The notes beneath the pieces are model-generated. The model was given only the letters and a program-made list of their open reading frames with translations, was not told the origin of the DNA and searched no databases. The translations under genes and the position numbers were made by a program. A stretch of 64,000 nucleotides of DNA from an uncultured Candidatus Saccharibacteria bacterium (GTDB lineage: Bacteria; Patescibacteriota; Minisyncoccia; HO2-45-28). Each line of letters begins with the position of its first letter. Positions within the stretch are counted from its first letter, which is position 1. The stretch is taken from NCBI GenBank assembly GCA_964412115.1, contig CAYPMM010000001.1, positions 764 through 64,763 of the forward strand, read 5' to 3'. Positions 20,184-29,865 of this stretch are shown here, one piece after another.

Positions 20184-21686
20184 ATGGAACAGATAAGCAC
20201 CCTTAAGAAATCAATAGAAGGGGGCAAGTGGACATTCATCAATACCGTCTCTAAAAACGCCGTCAGCCTTCTTTCTTTTTTGATTCTCGCCCGGCTTCTA
20301 AGCCCGGAGGATTTCGGCATTCTGGCCGTTATTTTGGTTATTCCCAATTTTATGATTTTAATTTCCACCACCGGCCTGGAAACCGCTTTAATTCAAAAAA
20401 GGGAGGATCCGACGCCGTACCTAAATCCAATATGGACCATTGGAATAATAAAATCTTTTGCCATATTCTTTATTATCTTTTTTTTAGCTCCGCTGATAAC
20501 GGCTTTTTTTCAAATAGAACAGGCGGCAACGGCGGTGCGGCTAAGCGGTATTGTTGTTCTGCTGACCGGAACATCAAACGTTGCCCAGCTTTTTTTCTTC
20601 AAAAACATCGACTTCAAAAAAATCTTTATCAGGGACATTTCCGGAGCAATAGCTTATAGCGCGACTGCCGTAACATTGGCGATATACTATCGCTCTTTTT
20701 GGCCTCTTTTTATAGCAACCCTGGTCCAATATGCCGTTGGGAACGCGTCCACTTATTTTCTTCATGAATTTAGGCCGCGTTTAAGTCTGGAATTTAAAAA
20801 ATTGTTTCATCTTATCGGTTACAGCAAGTGGATATACGGACAAAATTTGGTAGACCGCCTGTCGCCGACGATTGAAAATTCTTTTATCGCCAAGATCATG
20901 GGCGCTTCAGACGTGGGACTTTTTACCAAAGCAAAAAGTTTAGTAAGCATTCCAACCGCGCCTTTTTACAACATTATTGACCGGGTCGCGTTCCCGTCAT
21001 ATGCCCGGGTGCAGGATTCATGCGAAAAAATAAAGAACGGGCTGCTTAAAAGTCTGGATATTTTATTTTTTATATCGGTCCCGATTGCGTTTATTTTCGT
21101 TATGGCCGGACGCGATATAATTTTAATATTTTTAGGAGAAAAATGGATTGGCATGGATCTGCCCTTAAGAATTGTAGCCGTGGCTTTTGCCGTTGGCGCT
21201 TTTTCTTCAAGCGCCTTGCCGATTTTTAACGCCGTCGGCAAGCCAAAAGTAAGATTCGGGATCATGCTTGTTAATTTAGGAACGCTGGTAATTTCTTTAT
21301 TGGCCCTCACTCCTCCTTATGGCGTTGCCGGGGCCGCCGCCGCGCTGCTTATTACCCATACGACAACCTCTTTTGCCTCTATTATTATGCTGAAAAAAAT
21401 TATTGGAGTTAAACTAAGCGAAATAATTAAACCCTCTTTAATACCCCTTACTGCTTCCGGCGCGATTTTAATAGTTGAGCGTCTTTGGTTGGCATCTTTC
21501 GGACCGGCAACCGGAGCGTTGTTTATTATTTTAATTTCGTTTCTCGGGATTATTTATTTGGGGCTAATCGTTTTTGCGGGAACAATGTTCAACCTGGGGC
21601 CTTACGCCACCATCAGACTCATTGTCTCAGAAGTCCTTTCGCCCTTTAAAAACAAAAATCTTGAAACCGAAAAAATTCCCGAGTAA
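20184..21686 (+). CDS. Polysaccharide flippase (Wzx/WzxC, MOP family)
   Basis: LARLLSPEDFG motif; about 12-14 TM segments; FLGEKW. Confidence 0.9.
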   Translation: MEQISTLKKSIEGGKWTFINTVSKNAVSLLSFLILARLLSPEDFGILAVILVIPNFMILISTTGLETALIQKREDPTPYLNPIWTIGIIKSFAIFFIIFFLAPLITAFFQIEQAATAVRLSGIVVLLTGTSNVAQLFFFKNIDFKKIFIRDISGAIAYSATAVTLAIYYRSFWPLFIATLVQYAVGNASTYFLHEFRPRLSLEFKKLFHLIGYSKWIYGQNLVDRLSPTIENSFIAKIMGASDVGLFTKAKSLVSIPTAPFYNIIDRVAFPSYARVQDSCEKIKNGLLKSLDILFFISVPIAFIFVMAGRDIILIFLGEKWIGMDLPLRIVAVAFAVGAFSSSALPIFNAVGKPKVRFGIMLVNLGTLVISLLALTPPYGVAGAAAALLITHTTTSFASIIMLKKIIGVKLSEIIKPSLIPLTASGAILIVERLWLASFGPATGALFIILISFLGIIYLGLIVFAGTMFNLGPYATIRLIVSEVLSPFKNKNLETEKIPE

Positions 21687-23384
21687 AGAAACCGGAATTA
21701 GGGCGAAAATGGCTATGTTGGCCCACAATTTTTCGTCAAATCCGGCCGGAGCGCCTATGGTGTTCACCATCAAGTGAAAAAGCAGGATATTTAAGCCGGA
21801 GGTAATGCCGGTAACCGTAAAAAATTTCGCGTACTCGGTTTTTCCGTTACCGCTGTCCGTAGCTCTAAAAGTCCAGAGCTTATTCCAAAAAAAAGCGTTG
21901 GTTGTCGTGACTACGAAAGAAACAACCAGAAAAAAATCGGCAATCCAGCCGCTGGCAACTCCGCTTAGCCAAGAAAGCAGGTTAAAAATTCCCGCGTACA
22001 TAAAAACATTAAGCCATCCGACAAGGCCGTACTTCGCGAGCTGGAAAATAACCGGATTTTTAACTCCTATTTTTCGCGCCAAAAAAATACCGGCAACGGC
22101 GCCCGCGGGCATCATAATCAGCCACAACACAAGAGCTGTGTTTAAAAAGCCGCGGTTTGCGTAAAAAACAGAATCAAACAGCGAAATATTTTTGATAGTA
22201 GGGAGGCTTAGGATGGCGGTGCCGATACCCACAAATAATGCCGGCCAAAAATCGGATTTTTCGCCAGCAAGCCGTTTTTGGGAAATAAAAGAAATTATAT
22301 TTTCGGCTCTTTTTGACCAAGTAAATCCCGCGGCTTTTTGTTTGGCCGACACTGCCTTAGACCGCATTTCATCATAATTTGCAAATGCGTATTTTATCTT
22401 ATCCGCCAAATCGCGGACATCGTCCGGCTTAAAAAATAAGGAATCACTATCGATTAATATTTCCCTGATGGACGGCAGGTCCGAGGCAATAATAGGCGTG
22501 CCCGAAGCCATATATTCAAAAAGTTTCATTGGTGAAGTAAAAGAGCGCGAAATCTCGTATTTGGCGGAATTAGGCAAAACAAGAACATCCGCCGCCTTCA
22601 GCCACAAGGGAATTTCGCGGTAAGGCTGATGTCCTTTGATTAGAATATTTTCGAAACTGGCAAAACTTTTTTTAAAATCGATAATATCTTCGTCCGCTCC
22701 GCCAATAAAAACGGTCAAAATATCTTTATCTAGGTTTTTTGCCGCTTCGGCTAAAATATTCGCCCCCTTCCAGTCGTAGAGATGGCCGGAGTATAAAATT
22801 ATTTTTTTATCCGGCGGCAAATTTAGTCTCCGGCGGCTTTCTTCTTTTGAAACAGAAATATTAAAAATATCAAAATCAACCGCGTCCGGCGCCGTTATTA
22901 TTTTCTCTTCTGATGCGCCGTGTTTAATATAAAAATCCTTAAGACCGCCGCTAATGGTTATAATGCCTTCGGCATTTTTTAACAGCCGTTTTACGGCGAG
23001 ATTTATTCTGCCTTGGTGTACTTCAAAAAAAATATTTTTCTTAAAAAAACTTAAAAAGAACAGGGGCAGCTCGTCTCGCCCGTAAATGATGTCCGTTTTT
23101 TTCAAAAGCAGATAGAGTACGGCAATTTTTGAAAAATTCAGCGACTCAAGCCAAAATCCAAAACGGCCGAATTTTACCAAATCCAAAACCGGCAGGCGTA
23201 TTATTTTAAAGTTTTTATTAACGCCGTAGTAGACAAACGGGTCGTCTTTAATCGGATTAAAACGCCTCGGCAAAATCAACTCAACGTCCGAATTCTTGGC
23301 AAACTGCCCGCACATTTTCATAATTTGCAGCCCGTGCGCCCGCTCAGTCGGAATCCTTGAATTGGCCACGTAAATAAATTTCAT
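21627..23384 (-). CDS. GT4 glycosyltransferase fused to a C-terminal GtrA-like membrane domain
   Basis: N-terminal GT4 (SPMKLFEYMASG); C-terminal QLAKYGLVG...NAFFWNKLWTF...NFFGFKIFVF GtrA signature. Confidence 0.85.
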   Translation of the reverse strand: MKFIYVANSRIPTERAHGLQIMKMCGQFAKNSDVELILPRRFNPIKDDPFVYYGVNKNFKIIRLPVLDLVKFGRFGFWLESLNFSKIAVLYLLLKKTDIIYGRDELPLFFLSFFKKNIFFEVHQGRINLAVKRLLKNAEGIITISGGLKDFYIKHGASEEKIITAPDAVDFDIFNISVSKEESRRRLNLPPDKKIILYSGHLYDWKGANILAEAAKNLDKDILTVFIGGADEDIIDFKKSFASFENILIKGHQPYREIPLWLKAADVLVLPNSAKYEISRSFTSPMKLFEYMASGTPIIASDLPSIREILIDSDSLFFKPDDVRDLADKIKYAFANYDEMRSKAVSAKQKAAGFTWSKRAENIISFISQKRLAGEKSDFWPALFVGIGTAILSLPTIKNISLFDSVFYANRGFLNTALVLWLIMMPAGAVAGIFLARKIGVKNPVIFQLAKYGLVGWLNVFMYAGIFNLLSWLSGVASGWIADFFLVVSFVVTTTNAFFWNKLWTFRATDSGNGKTEYAKFFTVTGITSGLNILLFHLMVNTIGAPAGFDEKLWANIAIFALIPVSLLGNFFGFKIFVFKGRKDF

Positions 23385-23399
23385 GAATTTATGCGGTGT

Positions 23400-25238
23400 T
23401 TATATTATTTTTACGTTGTATCGTTTAGCCCATATCTGAAACGCAAGAATCGCCCAGAGAATGGTGAGATTGTATTCTTTTGAACTAAGATGCATTTTAA
23501 AAACTTCTTTTACCTCCGGCCAATTAAAAAGCGGAGCTGTTTCCAAATAATAGCCGCCCGACAATATTTCCTCGGCCCCCAAACGCACCTCATCCATTCT
23601 AAGCCATTTGGCTCCCGGAGAAAACCATCCGCGTTTGGGAAAAAAAAAAAAAAAATCCGGAATGCGCCCTTTGTAGGCGTTTTTTAAAATTATTTTAGTA
23701 TTAAACGGGCTTATTTTATATTTTAAAGGAATTCGGGCGGCGAACTCCATTAAGTCCTTATCCAAAAAAGGAACCCTGGCTTCGAGGCCCGAGGCCATAG
23801 ACATTTTGTCCGTAAGCATTAGGGCAAAATCAACCAGCCAGGTCTGCCGGTCAGCGCCCATTAAAAAGTCTTCAAATTTTGCGTCTTTGGTTATTTTGCC
23901 GAAATATTTTTTTTCAAAAAACGACTTCGATATGCCGCGGTTCAAATAATCGGAGGAGATGGTTTTTTTTAAAATATCATCTTTCTGAAACATGAAAAGC
24001 ATAAACCTTTCGATGCCCGCCGGCGTATTTAATTTTTTAAGCTTTGCGCTTAAGTTAAGAGGGGTCCTCAAAAGTTCCGGCAATTTCTGAATTAGGCTTG
24101 CGGCCAGACTTAAGCGGTATCTGTCGTATCCTCCAAAAAGCTCGTCTCCCCCGTCTCCGGCCAAAACCACATCAACTTTATTTTTGGCAAAACGCGACAA
24201 TTTAAGCATGGCGAGCGCCGTCGGATTGGATATCGGCTCATCCATCTGCCACGCCACCTCTTCAAAAAACCCCCGGACCTCCCCCGGTCCAAGAACGACT
24301 TCGTTGTGGCTGGTACCAAAAAAGTTCGCCGTTTTTTTGGCCAAATTAAAATCAAAATTAAACTTTTCTTTTTGTTCTTCGTTTTTCAAATCAAAGCCGA
24401 CCGAAAAAGTGTCAATTTTTCCCCGTTCTTTAGCCATATGAGAAAGAATGATTGAGGAGTCCATCCCGCCGGACAAATAAAGTCCCAAAGGACGGTCTGA
24501 AATGAGCTGGGATTTAACCGCTCCGTGTATTCGGCCTCTTAATTCCTCTTCAAGGTGGGTTTTGGAAATGTTTAAATGGCTGCCGGGTTCATGCGACCAG
24601 TATTTTTCTATTTTAAGTTCCCCGTTGTTATAAAATCCCCTGCTTGCCTGAGGAAATTTATAAATGCCCTCAAACATGGTTAACGGCTCCGGAACGTATA
24701 AAACCCGCAAGTAGTGATTAAAAGCGTCCTGATTCAGGCGTCGGGGCATGCCATGCTCTAAAATGGCTTTAATTTCGGAAGCGAATATGAACTTATTCCC
24801 ATTCAAGTAATAATAAAGCGGTTTTACGCCCGCGTGGTCGCGCGCCAAAAAGAGCCCGCGTTTTGCCCGGTCCCAAATTGCGAAGGCAAAAATGCCGTTA
24901 AACTTTTTGACGCAATCGGGGCCCCATTTTCTATACGCGGCCAAAATCAGCTCGGTGTCGCTTTCGCTTTTAAACGGGTAGAAATTTTTTAGTTCGTCTT
25001 TAAGGTCTTTGAAATTATAAATTTCTCCGTTAAAAACAACAACTTCGCGCTCGTCAAAACTTTTCATGGGCTGCGAAGCATTTTCCGAAAGGTCAATTAT
25101 TTTAAGCCGGTTGTGGGCCAGGGTTATCCCTTCTTCGGTGAAAATTCCATTGGCATCGGGCCCGCGATGCCGGGTTGCCAGATTCATGCGCGAGGCAAGC
25201 TCGCGGTCTAAAAAATTAAATCCGTTTATTGAGCACAT
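23400..25238 (-). CDS. asnB: Asparagine synthase-like glutamine amidotransferase (glycan amidation)
   Basis: MCSING, HRGPD, FNGEIYN, LSGGMDSS, GDGGDELFGGY and EARVPFLD motifs. Confidence 0.9.
   Translation of the reverse strand: MCSINGFNFLDRELASRMNLATRHRGPDANGIFTEEGITLAHNRLKIIDLSENASQPMKSFDEREVVVFNGEIYNFKDLKDELKNFYPFKSESDTELILAAYRKWGPDCVKKFNGIFAFAIWDRAKRGLFLARDHAGVKPLYYYLNGNKFIFASEIKAILEHGMPRRLNQDAFNHYLRVLYVPEPLTMFEGIYKFPQASRGFYNNGELKIEKYWSHEPGSHLNISKTHLEEELRGRIHGAVKSQLISDRPLGLYLSGGMDSSIILSHMAKERGKIDTFSVGFDLKNEEQKEKFNFDFNLAKKTANFFGTSHNEVVLGPGEVRGFFEEVAWQMDEPISNPTALAMLKLSRFAKNKVDVVLAGDGGDELFGGYDRYRLSLAASLIQKLPELLRTPLNLSAKLKKLNTPAGIERFMLFMFQKDDILKKTISSDYLNRGISKSFFEKKYFGKITKDAKFEDFLMGADRQTWLVDFALMLTDKMSMASGLEARVPFLDKDLMEFAARIPLKYKISPFNTKIILKNAYKGRIPDFFFFFPKRGWFSPGAKWLRMDEVRLGAEEILSGGYYLETAPLFNWPEVKEVFKMHLSSKEYNLTILWAILAFQIWAKRYNVKII
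23640..23655. repeat. A16/T16 homopolymer tract inside asnB
   Basis: 16 consecutive A on the + strand; encodes D-FFFFF in frame. Confidence 0.9.
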
Positions 25239-26601
25239 AAAACAAACGATCTTTTAAATACCAAAATCCCGGAGCCGCGAGTAAAAATACGAACGGGTCA
25301 AACGGGACCCGGTATCTGGTGGTCCAGGCCGGTATGGAAATAGCCAAAAAATATCCCAAAACCAATAAAATAAAAACGATCGATTTTCCGTCGGCTCTGA
25401 ATTTCTTCCAATTCCACAGCAAAAATCCGGCAAGAAAATAAATGGCCGCCCAAACAACTTTGTCAATTATCCATGTAAAAAGCAAAACTGGCGGCTTGTT
25501 TTTAATAATGGATAAAATGTCCGATCCGCCGTTAGCCAAAGAGTCAATAATAGTCAAAGGCGCCTTGGAACATTTATGTTCGCAGAGCCAATTTCCAAAT
25601 TCTATAAATCCGCCGTTAAAAAGATACCTCACTGAACCCAGAGAGACATATTTGAAAATGACCGGCGGGCTTATTTTGGAAAGAATCGGCAAATAAAGCT
25701 CCCGCAACTGCGGACTTACGCACCAGCCGTGAAAATCTTCCCTGACCTCCGAGGGCGCGCAAAATTTACTCAGCTCTCCAATGGCGTCGTGAAGCTCGAG
25801 ACCGTTCTGCCATCCGTATAACTGGCCGAGATGCATATAATAAGCGTTAATCAGGTCGGATGAAGTAAAATGCCAATCGTTAAAAATTATTCTGTTTCGC
25901 AAAAACCACGGAAATAAGATTATTAAAAATATCACCGCGAAAACGGCGGTATTTACGGCCAGTTTTCTGGGATTAAAACGCGTCAAAACGGAATACAAAA
26001 AAACAAAAAATAGAAAATAGAGCACCGCCGGCCTTACCAGCGCGTTTAAAGAAAAAAGAGCCATTGATGCCGCAAAAGACGAAACCGATTCTGATTTTAA
26101 ATGCAGTAAAAAATAATAGGCGCCGAAGATAAGCAGCAGTAAAAAAAGAGTTTCGGACATGAAGCTGTTGACTAATAAAAATGCTACCGGGTTGAAAATA
26201 AACGCCAGCGAGGCCGTGAGCGCGGCTTGTTTTGAGTTCCACAACAGGTCGGCAATGCGATATATGCCGATTGCGCTTACAAAAAACAAGAAGAACTGAA
26301 AGATATAAACCGCGGCGATTCCGCCGAAAACTTTGAGCATCGCTCCGGCAACAAAAGGATAGAGCGGCGTGCGAAAACGGTCCGGTATGAAAGGCGGCTC
26401 GGTCATGCGTGAAAAAACGCCGTGGTCGTATAAATTGACCGCGGAAGCGTAATATTCAAGCGAATCGGAAGTTAAAATATCGGCATTTATGTTTCCGCGG
26501 CTGTATTCGGTTAAAAAAAGAATACCCCAAAGCGCGAACCACAAGCAAAAGATGACCGCAAAATGCCGGTATTTAGTTAAAGCGCCGGGAATATCAACCA
26601 T
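25216..26601 (-). CDS. GT-C (ArnT/PMT-like) membrane glycosyltransferase
   Basis: DSLEY, RTPLYP, MSETLF, LVRP, PWFLRN and RYRVP motifs; multiple TM helices. Confidence 0.8.
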   Translation of the reverse strand: MVDIPGALTKYRHFAVIFCLWFALWGILFLTEYSRGNINADILTSDSLEYYASAVNLYDHGVFSRMTEPPFIPDRFRTPLYPFVAGAMLKVFGGIAAVYIFQFFLFFVSAIGIYRIADLLWNSKQAALTASLAFIFNPVAFLLVNSFMSETLFLLLLIFGAYYFLLHLKSESVSSFAASMALFSLNALVRPAVLYFLFFVFLYSVLTRFNPRKLAVNTAVFAVIFLIILFPWFLRNRIIFNDWHFTSSDLINAYYMHLGQLYGWQNGLELHDAIGELSKFCAPSEVREDFHGWCVSPQLRELYLPILSKISPPVIFKYVSLGSVRYLFNGGFIEFGNWLCEHKCSKAPLTIIDSLANGGSDILSIIKNKPPVLLFTWIIDKVVWAAIYFLAGFLLWNWKKFRADGKSIVFILLVLGYFLAISIPAWTTRYRVPFDPFVFLLAAPGFWYLKDRLFYVLNKRI

Positions 26602-27316
26602 GCCTTAAAAGTTTTTTTTCGAAAAAACAATAAAAAACGGTGAAAAGATAAATTGGAGCCAGTTTTTGAACATTAAAATTGGATTTGCCGGCTTTTCTGT
26701 TGGTCCAGCTATTCGGCACAACAGCGAAAGTATAGCCGCGATTGACCGCCTTAAGCGCCAGTTCCGCGCTAAAGTTAAAATGCCGGCTTAAATACGGCCC
26801 AGTCCCTTCAATTACCCCGCGTCTATAGAGTTTAAAGCCATTCGTAATGTCGTTATACTCAAATCCAAATAAAAACCGTATAAAATTATTGAATGTCCGA
26901 TTTAAAAAATATTTAAACGGCGGATAATCTATCGTCTTTCCGCCCTTTATAAAGCGCGAGCCGAACACGCAATCCACGCCCTCTTTTTCCATTGTCCTGA
27001 AGAAAAGAACCAAATCATCAGGCGAATCGGAAGCATCCGAAGTGTAAAAAACGGCGGCATCGCCCGAAAAGATTTCGAGTCCCCGGCGCAAAGCCAGTCC
27101 GAATCCCTTCGGCGGCCGCTTATGCTCAAGACGAAGAGTGGGGATAACAAGAACAAGTTTTTCCAATATCTCCCACGTCCGGTCGGAAGAATCGTCATAT
27201 ACGATAAGAATTTCGTGTTCTATATTCTCCTCGGAAAGTTTCCTATAAAGGGCGCGGACGGTTGATTCAATGCAGCCCTCTTCGTTGTAGGCCGGGATAA
27301 TAACGGATAGTTTCAT
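26594..27316 (-). CDS. GT2 polyprenol-phosphate glycosyltransferase (DPM-like)
   Basis: SVIIPAYNEE, DDSSD, GSRF and DITNGFK motifs. Confidence 0.9.
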   Translation of the reverse strand: MKLSVIIPAYNEEGCIESTVRALYRKLSEENIEHEILIVYDDSSDRTWEILEKLVLVIPTLRLEHKRPPKGFGLALRRGLEIFSGDAAVFYTSDASDSPDDLVLFFRTMEKEGVDCVFGSRFIKGGKTIDYPPFKYFLNRTFNNFIRFLFGFEYNDITNGFKLYRRGVIEGTGPYLSRHFNFSAELALKAVNRGYTFAVVPNSWTNRKAGKSNFNVQKLAPIYLFTVFYCFFEKKLLRHG

Positions 27317-27342
27317 TATCGCTTATTTTAAATCGGCTGGCG

Positions 27343-28659
27343 TTAATAATCAACGCCGGAAAAAAACTTTCGCGAAATGAAAATAACGCCGAGGCCAGCC
27401 AAAAAGAAAAGTGTCGGCAAAAGAATCAGATGATGGCGTCCTCCGGCCATGCCGAAATTTATAAAAGTGCTGAAAAAAATCGGCGCGCCGAGCAAACCGG
27501 CCGCGGCCCATTCCCTTTTCTTATGCAAAAAAACAAGTCCAAAAGCCGCTAAAGCCAGCATGATTATTATAAAAAACGCGTAGGCTCTGTATGAGATATC
27601 AACAAACAAAATCCACGCCCGCGACGCAACTGTTTCGGCGCCGAATAAAGTATTATGCGCGATGCTAAAAATATCTTTGTAGTCGTTTGGCGTCCAAAAA
27701 TGATACGCGCCTGTTAAATTTTGTTTTAAGGCCGAAACGGTGGAAATGTTCGCGCCCAAACCATCGGCCAATTTTTCCACGTCATAAAAACCATCCGAAG
27801 TAAAACTGCGAAACAGGCAGACCTCTCTGCCTTTTGAATCGCTGATGTAGCCATAGCACCCGGCCGTGATGTCGCTTGGCTCGCCCTGAAAACCCAAGGC
27901 ATAATTTACGGTCCCGCTTGAAGACAGCATGACTCGCCCAACAAGCCGGTAATTGCGCCATAACCACGGCAAAACGATAAAGCCGACCATGGCCGTAAAA
28001 CCAAAAAGCATAAAAATGTTTTTCTTAACGTTTCCGCGGTAAAACATAAAAAATAAGACAAAGCCGGGAATCAACAGCAATCCCGACGGACGCGTTAAAA
28101 CGGCCAAGCCGAACAGGACCGCCGCGCCCGCGGCGCGCCGCCAATTGACATTCTCCGCGGAAATAAGAGTAAACAGCGCGGATACCGCCAAAAATATAAA
28201 AAATGTTTCGGTCATTGTTTCCAGCGACCAAAACCAAATACGCGGGTCAATCAGCAAAACGGCGGAAAAAAGAGCGACGATAATCTTGTGCCGTCCCCCG
28301 TTATAACGGTCAAACATCTTCCAAAGCATCCGGAAGGACGCAAATAACATCAACTGCTGTAAAAATATCGCCAGATAGCCGGATTTGTCAAAAAGAAACG
28401 TAATGGCCAGAAAAATGGGGTACATTGGCGTTCTTAAAAGATCGGGGACGTAGGGCGGATTTTGCGCCATGCTGAAAGAATTTCCTTCCAAAATATTAAT
28501 GGCCAGATTCCTGTATTCCAAAGGGTCCTGGACCGGCGACGGAGAAACATGCTTGGCGTACAACACGGCGACCGTAATAATCCTGCCGAAAATAATCACG
28601 GCAACGAGCAGAATCAAAAAGGAATATAGGGCGGATTCATTATCCTTCAAAAAACGCAT
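27343..28659 (-). CDS. GT-C (ArnT/PMT-like) membrane glycosyltransferase
   Basis: DPLEY, RTPMYP, MTETFF, LTRP and PWLWRN motifs. Confidence 0.8.
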   Translation of the reverse strand: MRFLKDNESALYSFLILLVAVIIFGRIITVAVLYAKHVSPSPVQDPLEYRNLAINILEGNSFSMAQNPPYVPDLLRTPMYPIFLAITFLFDKSGYLAIFLQQLMLFASFRMLWKMFDRYNGGRHKIIVALFSAVLLIDPRIWFWSLETMTETFFIFLAVSALFTLISAENVNWRRAAGAAVLFGLAVLTRPSGLLLIPGFVLFFMFYRGNVKKNIFMLFGFTAMVGFIVLPWLWRNYRLVGRVMLSSSGTVNYALGFQGEPSDITAGCYGYISDSKGREVCLFRSFTSDGFYDVEKLADGLGANISTVSALKQNLTGAYHFWTPNDYKDIFSIAHNTLFGAETVASRAWILFVDISYRAYAFFIIIMLALAAFGLVFLHKKREWAAAGLLGAPIFFSTFINFGMAGGRHHLILLPTLFFLAGLGVIFISRKFFSGVDY

Positions 28660-28666
28660 AATATAA

Positions 28667-29857
28667 TTAACGCGAAATTTTATTAACGGCCTCTAATACG
28701 ACGGCATCCATTTTTTCTCTGGAAAACAGTTTTTTTGACAAAATGACCGAATTTTCGGAAAGTTTGCGCCGCAAACCCGCGTCGCGAAGCTCCAGCAATA
28801 AATCCGGAAATTCTTCGATACTATCGGCTATAAGCGCGTGTTCGCGATGCCGAAAAGGATATCCGGCAAGACCTCTTGAAGAAACAACGGCCGGAATTCC
28901 GCGGCAAAGCGGTTCAAATATCTTTTGCTGCATTCCGGCCCCAAAAAGAGACGGCACTACGGCAATATCCATATCGGCCAAAAAATCGTCAAATTCATTT
29001 TGGTCTTTGCGTCCGGAATAAATAACATCTTCTCCAAAAAATCTTTTTAAATCTTCGGGGATTTTGCCGCCGGAAATATAAAACTTAAATTGGCCGGGAT
29101 ATTTTTCGCGCACCGATGGCGCTATTTTTTTTAAAATGACTTCAAGTGCCGCCAAATTATGATGAACATTATAGGTGGAACCCATGAAAACCACTTTTAG
29201 CGTTTCCCTTTCGCGGATAAACGAATTTTTACCCAAGCAAACAGGCAGACCCCTCAAGGGCAGAACGGATAGGTTTTTTACGCCGAATTTTTTATAAATC
29301 TTTTCTTCTTTTGGAGTTATGGCGAAAACAAAATCGCTTTTTTGGCTTGCGATAAGCTCGCTTACTAATTTAGAAATAAACTTTACCAAATTAATAACAC
29401 TCCACCCGTCCTCCTGCAAAAAGTGCGATGGTTCAAAATTAATAGAACGGGTTATTATCGGCATGTTTCTTTTTTTTGCCAAACCGTAAAGCGGCCAGAG
29501 ATAAGTATAATCAAACCAAACCAAATCCGGACTCCACTCATCCAGAATAACTTCAACCGGTTTTTTTGCCGACTCGTGAGAATACTCATACGCAGCCCCA
29601 TCCCAATAAAAAGGATTTAAAATCTTTTTAATTCCGGACTTGTTCTCATATTCAAGAAGCTCGACTTTTATGCCGGAATCTCGGGAAAAACGCCCGATCT
29701 GTTCTTTGTCTTGAAAAGAAAAAACTTTTGCCGCCACCCGCACATCAAAACCAAGCCTTTTTAATTGCTTCATGCCTTCAAGGCGGTCTTTTTCATCGGC
29801 GCCGATGTCCGGCAATGGAAAGCGGGGCGTTACGATTAATATTTTTTTAGGCGGCAT
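28667..29857 (-). CDS. Glycosyltransferase family 4
   Basis: FMGS and PSLFGAGMQQKIFE motifs. Confidence 0.85.
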   Translation of the reverse strand: MPPKKILIVTPRFPLPDIGADEKDRLEGMKQLKRLGFDVRVAAKVFSFQDKEQIGRFSRDSGIKVELLEYENKSGIKKILNPFYWDGAAYEYSHESAKKPVEVILDEWSPDLVWFDYTYLWPLYGLAKKRNMPIITRSINFEPSHFLQEDGWSVINLVKFISKLVSELIASQKSDFVFAITPKEEKIYKKFGVKNLSVLPLRGLPVCLGKNSFIRERETLKVVFMGSTYNVHHNLAALEVILKKIAPSVREKYPGQFKFYISGGKIPEDLKRFFGEDVIYSGRKDQNEFDDFLADMDIAVVPSLFGAGMQQKIFEPLCRGIPAVVSSRGLAGYPFRHREHALIADSIEEFPDLLLELRDAGLRRKLSENSVILSKKLFSREKMDAVVLEAVNKISR

Positions 29858-29865
29858 ATCGCGGT

